Of a DNA stretch of 63,714 bases, positions 17,905-29,900 are shown piece by piece. The notes under the pieces were generated by a model. The model worked only from the letters and a program-made list of their open reading frames with translations. It searched no databases and was not told where the DNA came from. The position numbers were made by a program, and so were the translations under genes. Positions within the stretch are counted from its first letter, which is position 1; the number at the start of each line of letters is the position of its first letter. The stretch is from a virus. Lineage: Duplodnaviria; Heunggongvirae; Uroviricota; Caudoviricetes. The stretch lies in the IMG/VR virus record IMGVR_UViG_3300038393_002131; one strand, 5' to 3'.

Positions 17905-20900
17905 TCAGGCGGCGAGGTCCTCGTCGAGGTCCATCAGGTCGCGCAGCTTCCGCATCGGCACTCCCGCGTCCGCGGCCGCCCGGACCCGGTTCCGCAGCTC
18001 GCTACGGCGGTCGGCCGAAGCCTCGCCGCGCCACCCGTCGAGGAAGCCCTGACGGACGCCGAACACGAACGAGAGCACCGACCGGACCACGGCCATCGCG
18101 ATCTGACCCAGCAGCGTCACGATCTGCGCGATGAGCCCCGGGCGGTAGGACCGCTCGGCCGCCAGGCGACGGGCCGTCTCAGCGCGGCGGCGAGCCGACC
18201 GGGCGAGGATCGCCTCGGCCATCTTCCGCAGCTCCTTCTCGGCCTGCGCGGCGTCGAGGTTCTTCGCCTGGACCTTCGCCACCAGCGCGTCGACCTCCTT
18301 GAGCAGGTCCTCCGTGAGGGAGTCGACCTCCGCGCGGACCTCCCGGTTCGTCGCGTCCTGCTGCTTCGACGGGTTCGGGCGGGTCACGCCGCGGCCGGCG
18401 CGCTTCTCCCGTCGGCCGTCACGCGACCACCCGTCGGGGCGGGCGGCGCCGTCGTCGACGACGCGGAGCACACGGCCCGAGTGGGTCGTCGCCCGGTCGT
18501 TGTCGTCCCACACGACCGTGACGTCACGGCCACGGGTGAGCACGACGCGTCCGCGGCGGCCGCTGTTGTCCTCGACGAGCGAGCCGGGGAACAGACCGAA
18601 CTCGCCGTCACGGTCGGCCGGGATCCGGTTCGGCATGCGGTTGTTCCGCACGTCGAGCCGGTTCTTGTCCAGCTGCCAGCCAGCGTCGGGCACCTCGTGC
18701 ATGTCGGGGCGCGGCGCGAGGGCCACCATGGCGTCCAGCGGCACGTAGACCGTGTGCTGGGCGCCGAGCCCGTCCATCTCGTCGGAGACGGTGACGGCCA
18801 TCATGTCCTCGCCCGGGCCGTCCTCGCCCGGCTTGCGGACGAGCACCGGCATCGGGTCGTTGGTGAGGAACCCCGCCGCGGAGGCCGGGTTGCCGTCGCC
18901 GTCGATGCCGTCGACGTGGGCGTAGTCGCCGATCTGCAGCGAGCCGGGGGTGGCGTACGCCGCCTGCATCCCGGCGGCCTCCGTCTCCTCGAGGGGGACG
19001 TCGACCTTGTCGCCGTCGACGGTCTTGGTGACCTTCTTCTTCGACCCGTCGGCGTTGGTGTGCTTCGCCTTGGCGGCCTCGCGGGCGAGGTCCCCTGCGG
19101 AGCGGTCACCGCCGACCCGTGCGCCGGCAGGCTTGGCCGACGGGGTGACGTCGAGGCTGCCGGAGCCGTTGAGGCGCGGCTCGCCGTCGACCTCGGGCGC
19201 CTCGGGGGCGTCCGCCGCGTCCGGGGTGGCCGGCGCCTGGGCGGGCGTCGGGACCTCGTCGGCGGGCTGCACGAGCTCGTTGCGCGGCATCGGCGTGCCC
19301 GAGGGCAGACCGTCGTCGACGACGTCCGGCGTGGAGAGCCCGTCGGGGATGGGCGTCTCCGCGTTCGGCTCCGTCGGCATGACGGGGTCCGGGGTGGGCG
19401 TCATGTCGACGGGCTCGGCCATGCCGATCGGGTCGACCGAGCGCACGTCGGCCGCGTCGAACTCGTCGACGAGGTCGGGGGTGAGCTCGAGGCCGCGGAA
19501 CGTCCCGTCCGGGTTCGCGACCGGGGTGCCGATGTAGAGCTGACCGTCCGCGGTCTGGATCGCGACCTCGTCGACGTTGCCGTCCGGGCCGGGCGTGAGC
19601 AGCGCACGCACCTGCTCCGGGGAGAGCCCGTTGGGGAGGTCCTGACCCATGAACGAGTCGGCCGTGATCGCCTGCGGTCGGGCCGCGGGAGCGACCTCCG
19701 GGGTGGTGGTCGTCCCCGGCGTCGACGGTGCCGAATCCGCCGACGCCGGGGTGTTCGGGGCGCTCGGGGCCGACGGGGTCGGCTCCGAGACGTTGGGCGT
19801 GACGTCGGGGGTGACGTCCGCCTGCGGGGCGTCGACAGCCTCGGGGGCGTCGACGCGCGTCAGGATCGTGTCGCGCGGCATGTCCTCGCCGGTCACGGGG
19901 AACCCGCGGTCGGCGCCGGCGTACTGGAACCGGATGAAGTTGGGGTTGGTCGTCACCGACACCACGCGGACGGGCTCGCCCGTCTCGGGGTGCAGGACGA
20001 TGTCGCCCTTCTTGACCTCCTCGGCGGCCACGGGGACGCGGGTCGCGCCCTCGGGGACGTCGACGACCTGCAGCGGCCGGTTCGTCATGACGTCGTTGAT
20101 CGGCGTGCTGGCCGGGGCCGGGGCGTCCACCGTCGGGGCCGACGGCGCGTCAGCGACGCCACCGGTCGGCGCGGGGCCGTCCGAGACGTTGCCGGGCGCC
20201 GGGACACCCGCGGGGGCGTCCGGGGTGGCCGTGGCGGGCGCGCCGCCAGCTGCCGGGGCCTCCGCGACACCGCCCTGCTCGTCACGGGCCGCGTCGAGGG
20301 CGCGCTTGCGCTCCCACGACTCGCCGTAGCCGCGCATCTTCTGCGGGATCTCACGGACGGGCACCTTGCGGGCCGTGCCGGTCGGGCCGTACTCCACCGC
20401 CGACACGCGCGGCTTGCCCTCGCGGGCGCCGGGCACGACGTTGACGTACAGGCCGCCAGCGGAGAACGGGTCGCGGACGCTGATGCCGACCTTGCCGTCC
20501 TCGGCCGGGGTGACCTCGACGGGCGCACCGGCGGCGCGGCCCTTCGCGGCGTAGCCCTGGGCGCGGTCCCACACCGCCAGGGCGATGTGCTCCGGGCGGG
20601 CGTCGTCGACGTTGACCGACTCGGCCACGGCGCCGGGGATCGGGTCGCCGAACGCCTTGTCGATGGCGGCGTTCTCGGCGTCGATCTCCTCCGGCGTCAT
20701 GTCGGCGCCGTCCTTGCCCGAGGCCGGGGTCAGGTGCTCGGCGTCGACGGGGCGGGCCTCGTCGGCCTGCTCGAGCGCCTTCTCGACGTCGGCCTTGTCG
20801 GCGATGGTCGGCTCCGGCTTCCGGGTGTCGACGCCACCGGCGGGCAGGTGCCCGTTCGGGACGTCGGCGTTCGGGGCGTCCGGGGCGCCGGCGGGGCGTC

Positions 20901-23900
20901 CCTTGCGGCCGTCGTCGCTCGAGCCCTGGCCCTGGCCGGGCATGTCGGGCATGTGCAGGTGCGGCAGGCCGAGGTGCGGCCGGTTGTGCCCGCCACGGTT
21001 GCGGCGGCGCCTGTTCCGGCGGTTCCGGCGGCGGCGGCGACGCTCCTCGCGGTCGTCGTCCTCCTTCTTGCGCTCGTCCTCGGACAGCTGGTCGCGGCGG
21101 TGCTTCTCGCCGCGGGCCTTGTCGCCCTCCTCGTCGTCGCGCTCGGCGGCGTCGTCGAGCTCACGGTCGGTCATGTCCTCGACACGGTCCCGGTCGTCGC
21201 GCTCGTCGCGGTCGTTGCGGTTCTCGTCGTCGGCGCGGTCCTTCTCCGACTCGCCGTCTTGCTCGCCCGTGGCGGACTCGTCCCGACGCTTGCGACGGTC
21301 GGCGTCCTCACGCTTGCGGTCCTCGTCGGACAGGTGCGCACGGCGACCCATCTCGGCGTTGAGGGCCTCGAGCCACGCCTCGTCGTTGGTGTGACGGCCG
21401 ACCAGACCCTCAAGCTCGGTGAGCTCGTCGTCGTGCAGGTCGTCCGTCGAGTGGTGACGGAGGCCCTTCGGGTCGTGCTCGGCCGCGAGGGGCGTCGACT
21501 CGGCGAGCTTGTCGCCGCGCTTGATCGCGCCGGGGATCGAGTAGTGCTTCATCCCGTGCTTGCGCATCTCGTCCGGGGTCATCCCCCAAATGGCGAGGGT
21601 GGCCTCCTCCGGCACGTACTTCGCGATGGTGTTCGCCGGGACGCCGTTGCCCTCCATGAGGCGCTTCTGCATCTTCGGCGGCAGGCCGGAGATCGCGTCG
21701 ACGCCGGACATCTTCCCGCTGGTGTTCTTCGGGTCGAAGAACCGGTTCAGGATGGCCTCGTTGTCGCGGCGCAGCTGGTCGAGCACGTCGGCGTCGGCCT
21801 GCGGGAGCGGGTCCCGCGTCGGGCGGCCCGTGCCCCACCCGTCACTGGTGGTGTCGGGCTCGGCCGCGGCGTCGAGGATGTCGCCGACCTCGGCCTCCTG
21901 CTGCTCGTCGAACAGGCCAGCAGCCTCGCGGCGGTCCATCTCGGCCTCGAGCGCCCGGTAGACGTCGGGGTCCTCCATGTTGGCCGGGTCCATCGCGGCC
22001 GCCATGATCTCGTCGTTCGACATGGCGGTGAAGTCCGGGCCGGCCGGCGCCGCGGGGGCGACGTCGTCGACGGTGACCTCGGGCACGTCCTCCGGCTCCG
22101 GGGCGACCGCGGCGGCCTGCTCCGGCGTCGTGACGGGCTCCTGGGTCGGGATCTCCTCGCCGGTCTGGCGCGGGCCGTAGGTGCCGCCGTAGTCGCGACG
22201 CTCACGCTCAGCCTCGGCGTCGCGCAGGCCGATCCAGTTGCCGCGGCCGCCGTGCTGCTCGTTGTCGCGCTTCGTCTCGGCGGCGATGCGCTGCGCGAGC
22301 TCCTCGTCGGAGATCTCCGTCAGGTGCGACCCGTCGCGCTCGGACAGCTCGCCGCGGACGGTGCGCAGACGCTCCTCGACCCGCTGGGCGAGGGTCGTGT
22401 CGGGCGCGTCGGCGAGGATCCGCGAGGCGTCCTCAAGGGTCGCCAGCTCGGCCTCGAGCTCGCTCGAGTGCTTGCGGTCGTCGGCCAGTCCGCCCCGGTA
22501 GTTCAGGCGGGACAGCTTGTCGCCGTACTTGTTCCACGCCTCGGCCTCGGCCCGCATCTGCGGGCCCATCTTCTCGACGTAGCGCGCCGCCTCGATGCCG
22601 GAGCGGTGCGACTGCGGCCACGCGCCGCCCGGCTCCCAGCCGCGCAGGCTGTAGGTGTTGATGTCGGTCGGCTCCATGCCCGGCTCGGCGAGCCGGTTGA
22701 GGATCGTGCCGTTCCACCAGTCGCCGGACGACTCACTCTTGAACGAGTCCTCCTTGGCGGTCGTTCCGATGAGACGGTGCGGCCACATGACGAGCGTCGC
22801 GTCACCGTCGCGGTAGGCGCGGGCGCCGGCGCGCTCGATCCACTGGTGCTCGGGCAGGTCCTCACCGAGGGGGAACCGCTCGAGCGCGTCACGCTTGGCG
22901 CGGGCGTTGAGCCAGTCCGACATGAGGCTCGCCCGGTCCACGCCGGAGGCGCCGCGGGAGTCCCACGTCCCGTCGGGCTGCAGCGTGTAGTACCGCTGCA
23001 TGCCGTGCTGGCCCTTGCCGATCGCGAACCCGATGGTGCCGTCGGACAGGACGGTGCCCATCTCCGGGTCGCGGGTGAACTTCGGCACGCCCTGCGTGGT
23101 CGTCAGGTCCGGGGTGCCCTTCGGCATCGACTGCTTGACGACCTCGCCCTGGTGGGCGGGGGCGTCGGCGACGGCGCGACGGTTCAGCTCGGAGTCGCGG
23201 TGCTCGGCCAGCGCGTCCTTGAGGGTGTAGCCGCCGCGGTGACCGACGCCGAACCAGTAGCGGCGCACCGAGTCGTCCTTGCTCCACTCGTTCGCGTCGT
23301 AGGCCTGGATCGGCTCGCCGACCTCGTTGCCGTCGGGGTCGATCAGCGTGGCCGACATGCCGTCGTCGGCGATGCGGGCCTTCCAGCCCTCACCGGCGTC
23401 GACGATCTGGCCGGCGTCGGTGATGCCCTTGGCGACCTGCGGGGCCTCCGGGGTGACGTCGGCGGCGGGCGCCTCGGGAGCGGCCGGGGCCTCCGGCGCG
23501 CTCGGGGCGCTCGGCTCGTCGACGATCTCAGCCGTCTTGGGGTCGACCTTGACCGTCTCCGGCGCCTTCGGGGCCTCGGGGGCAGCGGCCTTCGGCTTGG
23601 AGCCGGCCGTACCGCCGTTCTCATCGGTGTGCTCGAACACCCACGCGAGGGAGCCCGGGTCGAGCTCCTTCGCGGCGCGCGTCACCGCGACGTAGTCGAG
23701 GCGCAGCTCCTCCGGGTCGGGGAACGTCACCGAGCCGTCGTCCTCGTCGATCTTCGGCTGCGGGAAGTCGCCGCCGATGCGGACGCGGTCCCACTCGAGG
23801 CCCTTGGCCTTGTGCGCCGTCGAGATCGTGACGTCGGGCTTCTCCGCGGTGCCGCCGAGGAGTTCACGCAGACGGGCCAGTGGCCGCTCCTGCGCGTCAC

Positions 23901-26900
23901 GGTCGCCCGCGACCTCCCACGTGCCGCCCTTGCCGGACTCGTTCTTGCGGAAGCGGAACCCGAGCGAGGACAGACCCTCGCCGCCGGTGGCCTTCTTCAC
24001 GGCCTCGTTGAGCGCCCACGTGTTGCCACCGATCGACATGCGGTGGTCGTCGCGCTCGATCTGCACGCCAGCCAGGGCGTCGTCGGCCGGCTCGGTGACC
24101 TGCGAGACGAGGTCCTCCATGCCGTCGATGCCGTACCGGTCGACGAGGCGGGCAATCATGGAGATCTTCGGGTCGTCGCCCTTGGCCGCCTCCTGCATGA
24201 CCTCGGCCCACGAGTTGTAGGGCTCGAGGTCGGGGTGCATGCCCTTCCACGGCTTGCTGCGCTCACCGCGCAGGTAGCCTGCGGACTCGATCAACGACTC
24301 GAGCTCGGTCTTGGTGCCCTTCGGCACGCCGACCGTACGGCCGCGGCCGAGCTCCTCCTCGATCGCGGCGAGCAGTCCGCCGTTGGTGCGCACCAGCACA
24401 CCGTCGGCGTCCTTCATGCCCTCGACGATCTTGCCCTCCTTGCCGCCACCGACCGCGCGCTCCTTGGAGCCGAGCAGCTGCAGGAAGCGGTTGCCCGCGT
24501 CGGCGATGGCCGGGCCGTAGCGCCACGACTTGTCGAGCGGCAGACGGACGTCACCCTCGGCCTTGGACAGGTAGTCGGTCGCGCCGGCGAACCCGTAGAT
24601 GGCCTGATCGGAGTCGCCGACGATGACCTTCTGCATCTTCTGGTCGGCGAACACCTTGGCGAGCACCGGCGGGGTGTCCTGCGCCTCGTCGACGAACAGG
24701 ATCGACGCCGCGCGACGGTTGCCCGAGCCGGCCTTGGACAGGTCGGGGCGGGCCAGGGCCCACATCTTGCGGAAGTCGTCCTGCGAGACGCGGAGGCGGC
24801 CCTTGGGGTCCTTGATGTCCTCCCACGCACGGCGAGCCTGTGCGACGAGCCGCGCCTCCTGGGCGCCGTTCAGCTGCGACCGGACGCTCTGCGGGAAGTG
24901 CTTGCCCATGATGTTGTCATCGGCGGAGAGGACGTACTGGCCGATGGCCTTCTGGATGGCCTTGGCCTGCTGCTCCGGGGTGAGCTCGCCGAGGTCGTCG
25001 GTGATGCCGAGGTGGCGGGCGACGTCCTTGGCGTTGGACAGCTGCCCCGACTTGCCGAACTTGTCGGTGATCTTGCGGCCGACGAAGTTCCACGCGAGGG
25101 AGTGCCCGGTGCGCGTCTCCACGTTCGAGGGCATGCGGCCCTCGGCCTCGAGCTGGACGCTCTTGTTGAAGGCGGCGTAGAGGATCTTCGCGTCGGGGTG
25201 CAGCTCGGCGATGCGCCGGGCCAGGCCCTCGAGCGTCGACGTCTTGCCCGCGCCGGCCTTGGCCTCCACGATGACGTTCTTGCCGTCGACGGCGGCCGCC
25301 TCGTAGATGTCGCCCTGCTGCTCGGTCGGGGCGTGCTTCTCCCCGGCGATGGCGCCGCGGACGCGCTGCGCCTCGGGGCTCTTGGCCTTCGCGGCAGCCT
25401 CGGCGGCCGGGGCGGCGGCCGGGGTGGGCACCTCGACCGGGTCGGGCACGCGCTCGTCGGTCGGGTCGGGAAGGTCGTCCGACGTGGGCGCTTCGGGGGT
25501 CGAAGCCTGCTCACGGCGCGTGATCTCGTCATTGATCCGCTTGTAGGCGCGACCCGTCCAGAACCCGTTGTCAGCGAACCGGTGGTCACGCAGCTCGGCG
25601 AGTTCCTCGTCGGACAGCGTCGACATGTCGAAGTCGGCCGCGATGTCGTGGATCGGCGTGTTGTACGGCCGCTCCTCGGTGGTCACCATGCCAGCGGGGC
25701 CGGGCAGTTCCGGCTCGTCGGGGGTGGCCGGCGCGTCCGGCGTGCGGTCGCCACCGTCACGGCCACCGTCACCGGCGGCCACGGGGGCGATCTTGTCCTT
25801 CCACACCCGGACGGTGGTGTTCGGGTTGAAGGTCTGCGTGCGGGTGCCGCCCTTGCCGTCGTCGAACGTCAGCTGGACGCGGCCGTTGGTGGTCATGCCC
25901 TTGTCGGTGACCTTGCCGTTGCCGGGCAGGACGTCGCCGAGCTGCACGCGGTTGGCTGCGGTCGGGACGGACTCCATGTGCTCTGGGCGGGCGTCCGGGT
26001 GGTACGGGCCGCGGGCGTCCGGCGCCTTGGGGGCCTCCGGGGCGTTGCCGGCCTTCGGCTTCCACACGTCGACCGTGGCGTCCGGGTTGAACGAGCGGGG
26101 CCCGATGGTCCCCTCGCCGTTGTCGAGCACGAGGAAGACCTGGCCGCGGGACGTGGTGCCCTTGCCGACGACCTTGCCCTTGCCGGGGAGGATGTCGCCC
26201 TCCTGCACCTCGGTGACGGGCGTCAGGACCGTCTCCATGTCGGCGGGCTGGTTGTCCGGGTGGTACGGCCGGGCCGGGGTCGGGCGCGACGGGGCGTCCG
26301 GCGTGCTGGCGGCGGGAGCGTCCGGCACGGCGACGTCGAGGTGCTCGTCCGGGCTGTAGGAGTCCGTCGAGGACTTGCCGTCGGCGTCGACCGACGTGAT
26401 GAGCACGTCGCTGCGGCGCGGGTCGACCTCGGTGACGGTGTGCAGCTGGCCGTCGCCGCCCTTGACCTTGTCGCCGGGCTTGATGCTCATGGCCGGGCGG
26501 GTCGTGGTCGGCGTCTTGTCGACGAGCGGTGCGTCACCGGTGGTGTCGAACAGGTCGTCAGCCTCACGGACCGGAGCGGCCGGGGCCGTCGGCGCCTTCG
26601 GGGTGGGGGCCTCCTGCGTCAGCATGAAGTCCTCGCCGCCAGGGACGAGGTCGTCACCGCCGAGCATGGTCTGCCCGGCCATGGCGTCGCTGTCGTAGGC
26701 GCCGGCGTCCACGAGCGGACGCTCCTCGGCGGCCGGAGCCTCCGGGGCGGCGGGCGCCGCGGGCTTCTCGTCGACGACCTCGGCGGTGGCCGGGTCGACA
26801 ACGAGGGTGGGCTCGTCGGCCTTCGGCTCGGCGGGACGCGCAGACGGCGCCTCAGCGGCCGCAGACGGCGCCTCCGGGGCCGAGGGAGCCTCCGGGCGCG

Positions 26901-29900
26901 CCGGGGCCGCCTCGGGGGCGTCCTCGACGATCTCGGCCGTCTCCGGGTCCACCTTGACGGTGTCGGTCGGCTTCGGGGCCTGCTCGCCCCGCTCACGCGG
27001 CGTCGAGGACGAACCCGACGACGAGGTGCGGCCGCGGGCCTTCTTCACCCGGGCGGCGACCCGCTCGCGGATCTCCTTCCGGTCAGCGTCCGGCTCGAGC
27101 GTGGCGATCGTGTCGGTGACCGAGTCGATGAGCCGCTCGTCGGAGGAGTCGGGCAGGTCGGCCAGGGCGTTGTCGATCTGCTCGTCGGCGCGGGCGTGCC
27201 ACGCCCGGCCCTTCGTCTTGCGCTGGTAGAACTCCGCGGCCTTCGCGATCTGCTCGATGGGCGGCAGCATGTCGGCCGGCAGCGGCATCTCCGGGTCGAC
27301 GATGTCGAGCGCGGAAGCCGCGTCGTCCTTCGCCGCACCGACGATGTCGTGGTACTCCTGCTCGAGCGCCTTGAGCTCGTCCTCGTCGAGGCCCTGCGAC
27401 TGGCCCGCGATGACACGGTCGACGACCTCGGCGAGCTCCTTGGCCTTGCGCAGGTCGTCCGTCTTGCCGAACTCCTTGCCGGCGGCCTCGCGGGCCTGCT
27501 CGGCGCCGCGCTCGGCCTTCTCGACGTCGGTCTTGGCGCGCTGGTACGAGTCCTCGAACCCGCGGCCCTGACGCTCAAGCGACGCCACCGGCATCGCCAG
27601 CTGGGCGTCCTTGGACTTGGGGTCCAGGTCGCGCAGCTCGATCGGGGTGGCGCGGCCCTCAAGGCCCTCGAACGCGACCTCGAACCAGTTGCGGCTCGAG
27701 CCCTCCATAACGTCGGAGTGCACGTAGCGGGAGCGCAGCTTCATGCCGCCGAGCTCGCCGAAGTCGGCCCACTCGGTGCTCTGGTTGCGGTTCGGCAGGT
27801 TGGCGTACTGCTCGGCGAGGACGCGCTTGATCTCGGCGTCGGCCGCCTGGCGGGCCTTCTCGGTGTTCTTGTCGAACACCTTGCCGCGGACGGTCATCTT
27901 GAACTTGTCGCCCGTGGTGTCCTGCCACTGCTCGGCGGCCTTCTGCAGCTTGGGCAGGTACGGCTTGAGCACGTCGGCCTTGTGCTGCAGACGCGCCACC
28001 GCGGCCGAGGCCTCGGCGCGGTTCGTGTTGTGCGTCTTGAGGTCGGCGGTCAGGTCGAGCAGGCGCGCGTCCGCGGTCGCCTTGCGCATCAGCCACGGGT
28101 TGCCCGCAGCCAGCGCGACGATCTCGGAGGCCTGCAGCTCGTCGGAGGACACGTCCTCCATCTGGCGGACGTTGCGGTCGCCCTTCATGGCCGCGTTGAT
28201 GAACTTCTGCTTGCGGGCGACGCCCTGCCACATGTACGAGTCGAAGGTGCCCTCGGTGACGTACTGGAAGATGTCGACCGCGGCGTTCTGGTTGCCCTGA
28301 CGCAGAGCGCGACCGTCGCGCTGCTGCAGGTCGGCCGGCCGCCACGGCACGTCGAGGTGGTGCAGGGCCACGACGCGGTCCTGCACGTTGGTGCCCATGC
28401 CCATCTTCGACGTGGAGCCGACGAGCACGGCGATGCGGCCCTCGCGGGCGTCTTGGAACAACTGGGCCTTCTGGACGTCGTCCTTGGCCTCGTGGATGAA
28501 CCGGATCTGGTCGGCCGGCACACCCTTGGCGATCAGGTCGTCCTTGAGCTGCTGGTAGGGCGACCACTTCGGCGTCGCGTCGAACGGCACGACCTCGAGA
28601 CGGCGCCCGCCGCCCTCCTCGGGGAACAGCGCGTCGAGGACGTCGGCGACCATCTCGGCCTTGGCGGTGTCCTCGTCCCACTCCGAGGTGTCGACCTCGA
28701 GGTTGTCGGCGATCTGCTCGATGTCCGAGGCCTTCATGTTGCCCATGAGGCGGTTGGCCTCGGCGCGGGCCGCGGTGCGGTCCATCGTCCCGGCCTCGAC
28801 GGCGTCGTGGATCGGGGCCAGACGCTCGGCGAGCTTGTTGACCTTCGGCGACGTCGGGTCCTTCGGCGTGCCGAGGTCCATGAACACGAGCTGCAGCGCA
28901 CCGGCCTGCTCGTGCAGGTCGTCGGAGTCGGCCCGCTTGTAGAGGTTGCCGCGGTTGCGCTGGTAGGTGGAGGTGATCTGGTTGGCGGCCGCCTGCAGCT
29001 TCGGCGACACCTCACCCTCGGGCCCACCGACGAGACGCATGTCCAGGGCGGCCTTCCGGCCGTCGCCGGAGATCTTGAGGAGGTTGTCGTCCTTCGGGTC
29101 GACACCGCCGCCCTCGACGGCCTTGGCGCGCTCGGCGAGGTCGGCGATGTAGTCGGCCTGCGCGTCGGACCGCTTGACCATGATCGTCTTGGGCTTGCCG
29201 CCGCGCAGCTCGGGGATCGGGAGGTCGGCGTCCATCTTGACGTCGGCGAACTCGCGGAACATGCCGAGCATCTCGGGCAGGTTGGAGAACTTCGCGAACC
29301 GGGCCTTGGCCTTGAAGTTGGCGCCGGTGATGTCGACCTCGGGGGTGGCGACGACCTCACCGAAGGTCGCGGCCCACCGGTCGAACGAGTTCGTGCCGGT
29401 CTTTTCGAGCAGGTCGGGGCGCATGAACCGGGTCATCGTGTAGGCCTCGGTCATGCTGTTCGACAGCGGCGTCGCCGTCGCGAACGTGCCGACCGGGCGG
29501 GTGACGCCCTTCTTCTCGCGCAGGAAGTCCAGCTTCATGTGGATGTCCTGCGCGCGGTTCGCGCCGGTGATGTTGGCGCCCGGGATGCGCGAGGGCGTCA
29601 TGAGGTTCTTGAACAGGTGGGCCTCGTCGACGAACAGGTAGTCGATGCCGGTCTGCTCGAACGTGACGCCGCCCTTCTCGCGGGCCGTCTCGATCTTGTC
29701 GCGGTACTTCTGCTCCATGTTGAGCAGGGAGGACTCGAGGCGCTTCACGCCGCGGCCGTCCTCACCGTGGAGGGCCTTGCGCGCCTCGAGCTCGGCCCGC
29801 TTCTCGGCGAGCTCCTTCTCGAGGTACCGCTCCATCTGGTCCGGGCCGACGGGCATCAGCTCGAACGCGGAGTGGGTGAACACGACCGCGTCCCAATCGC

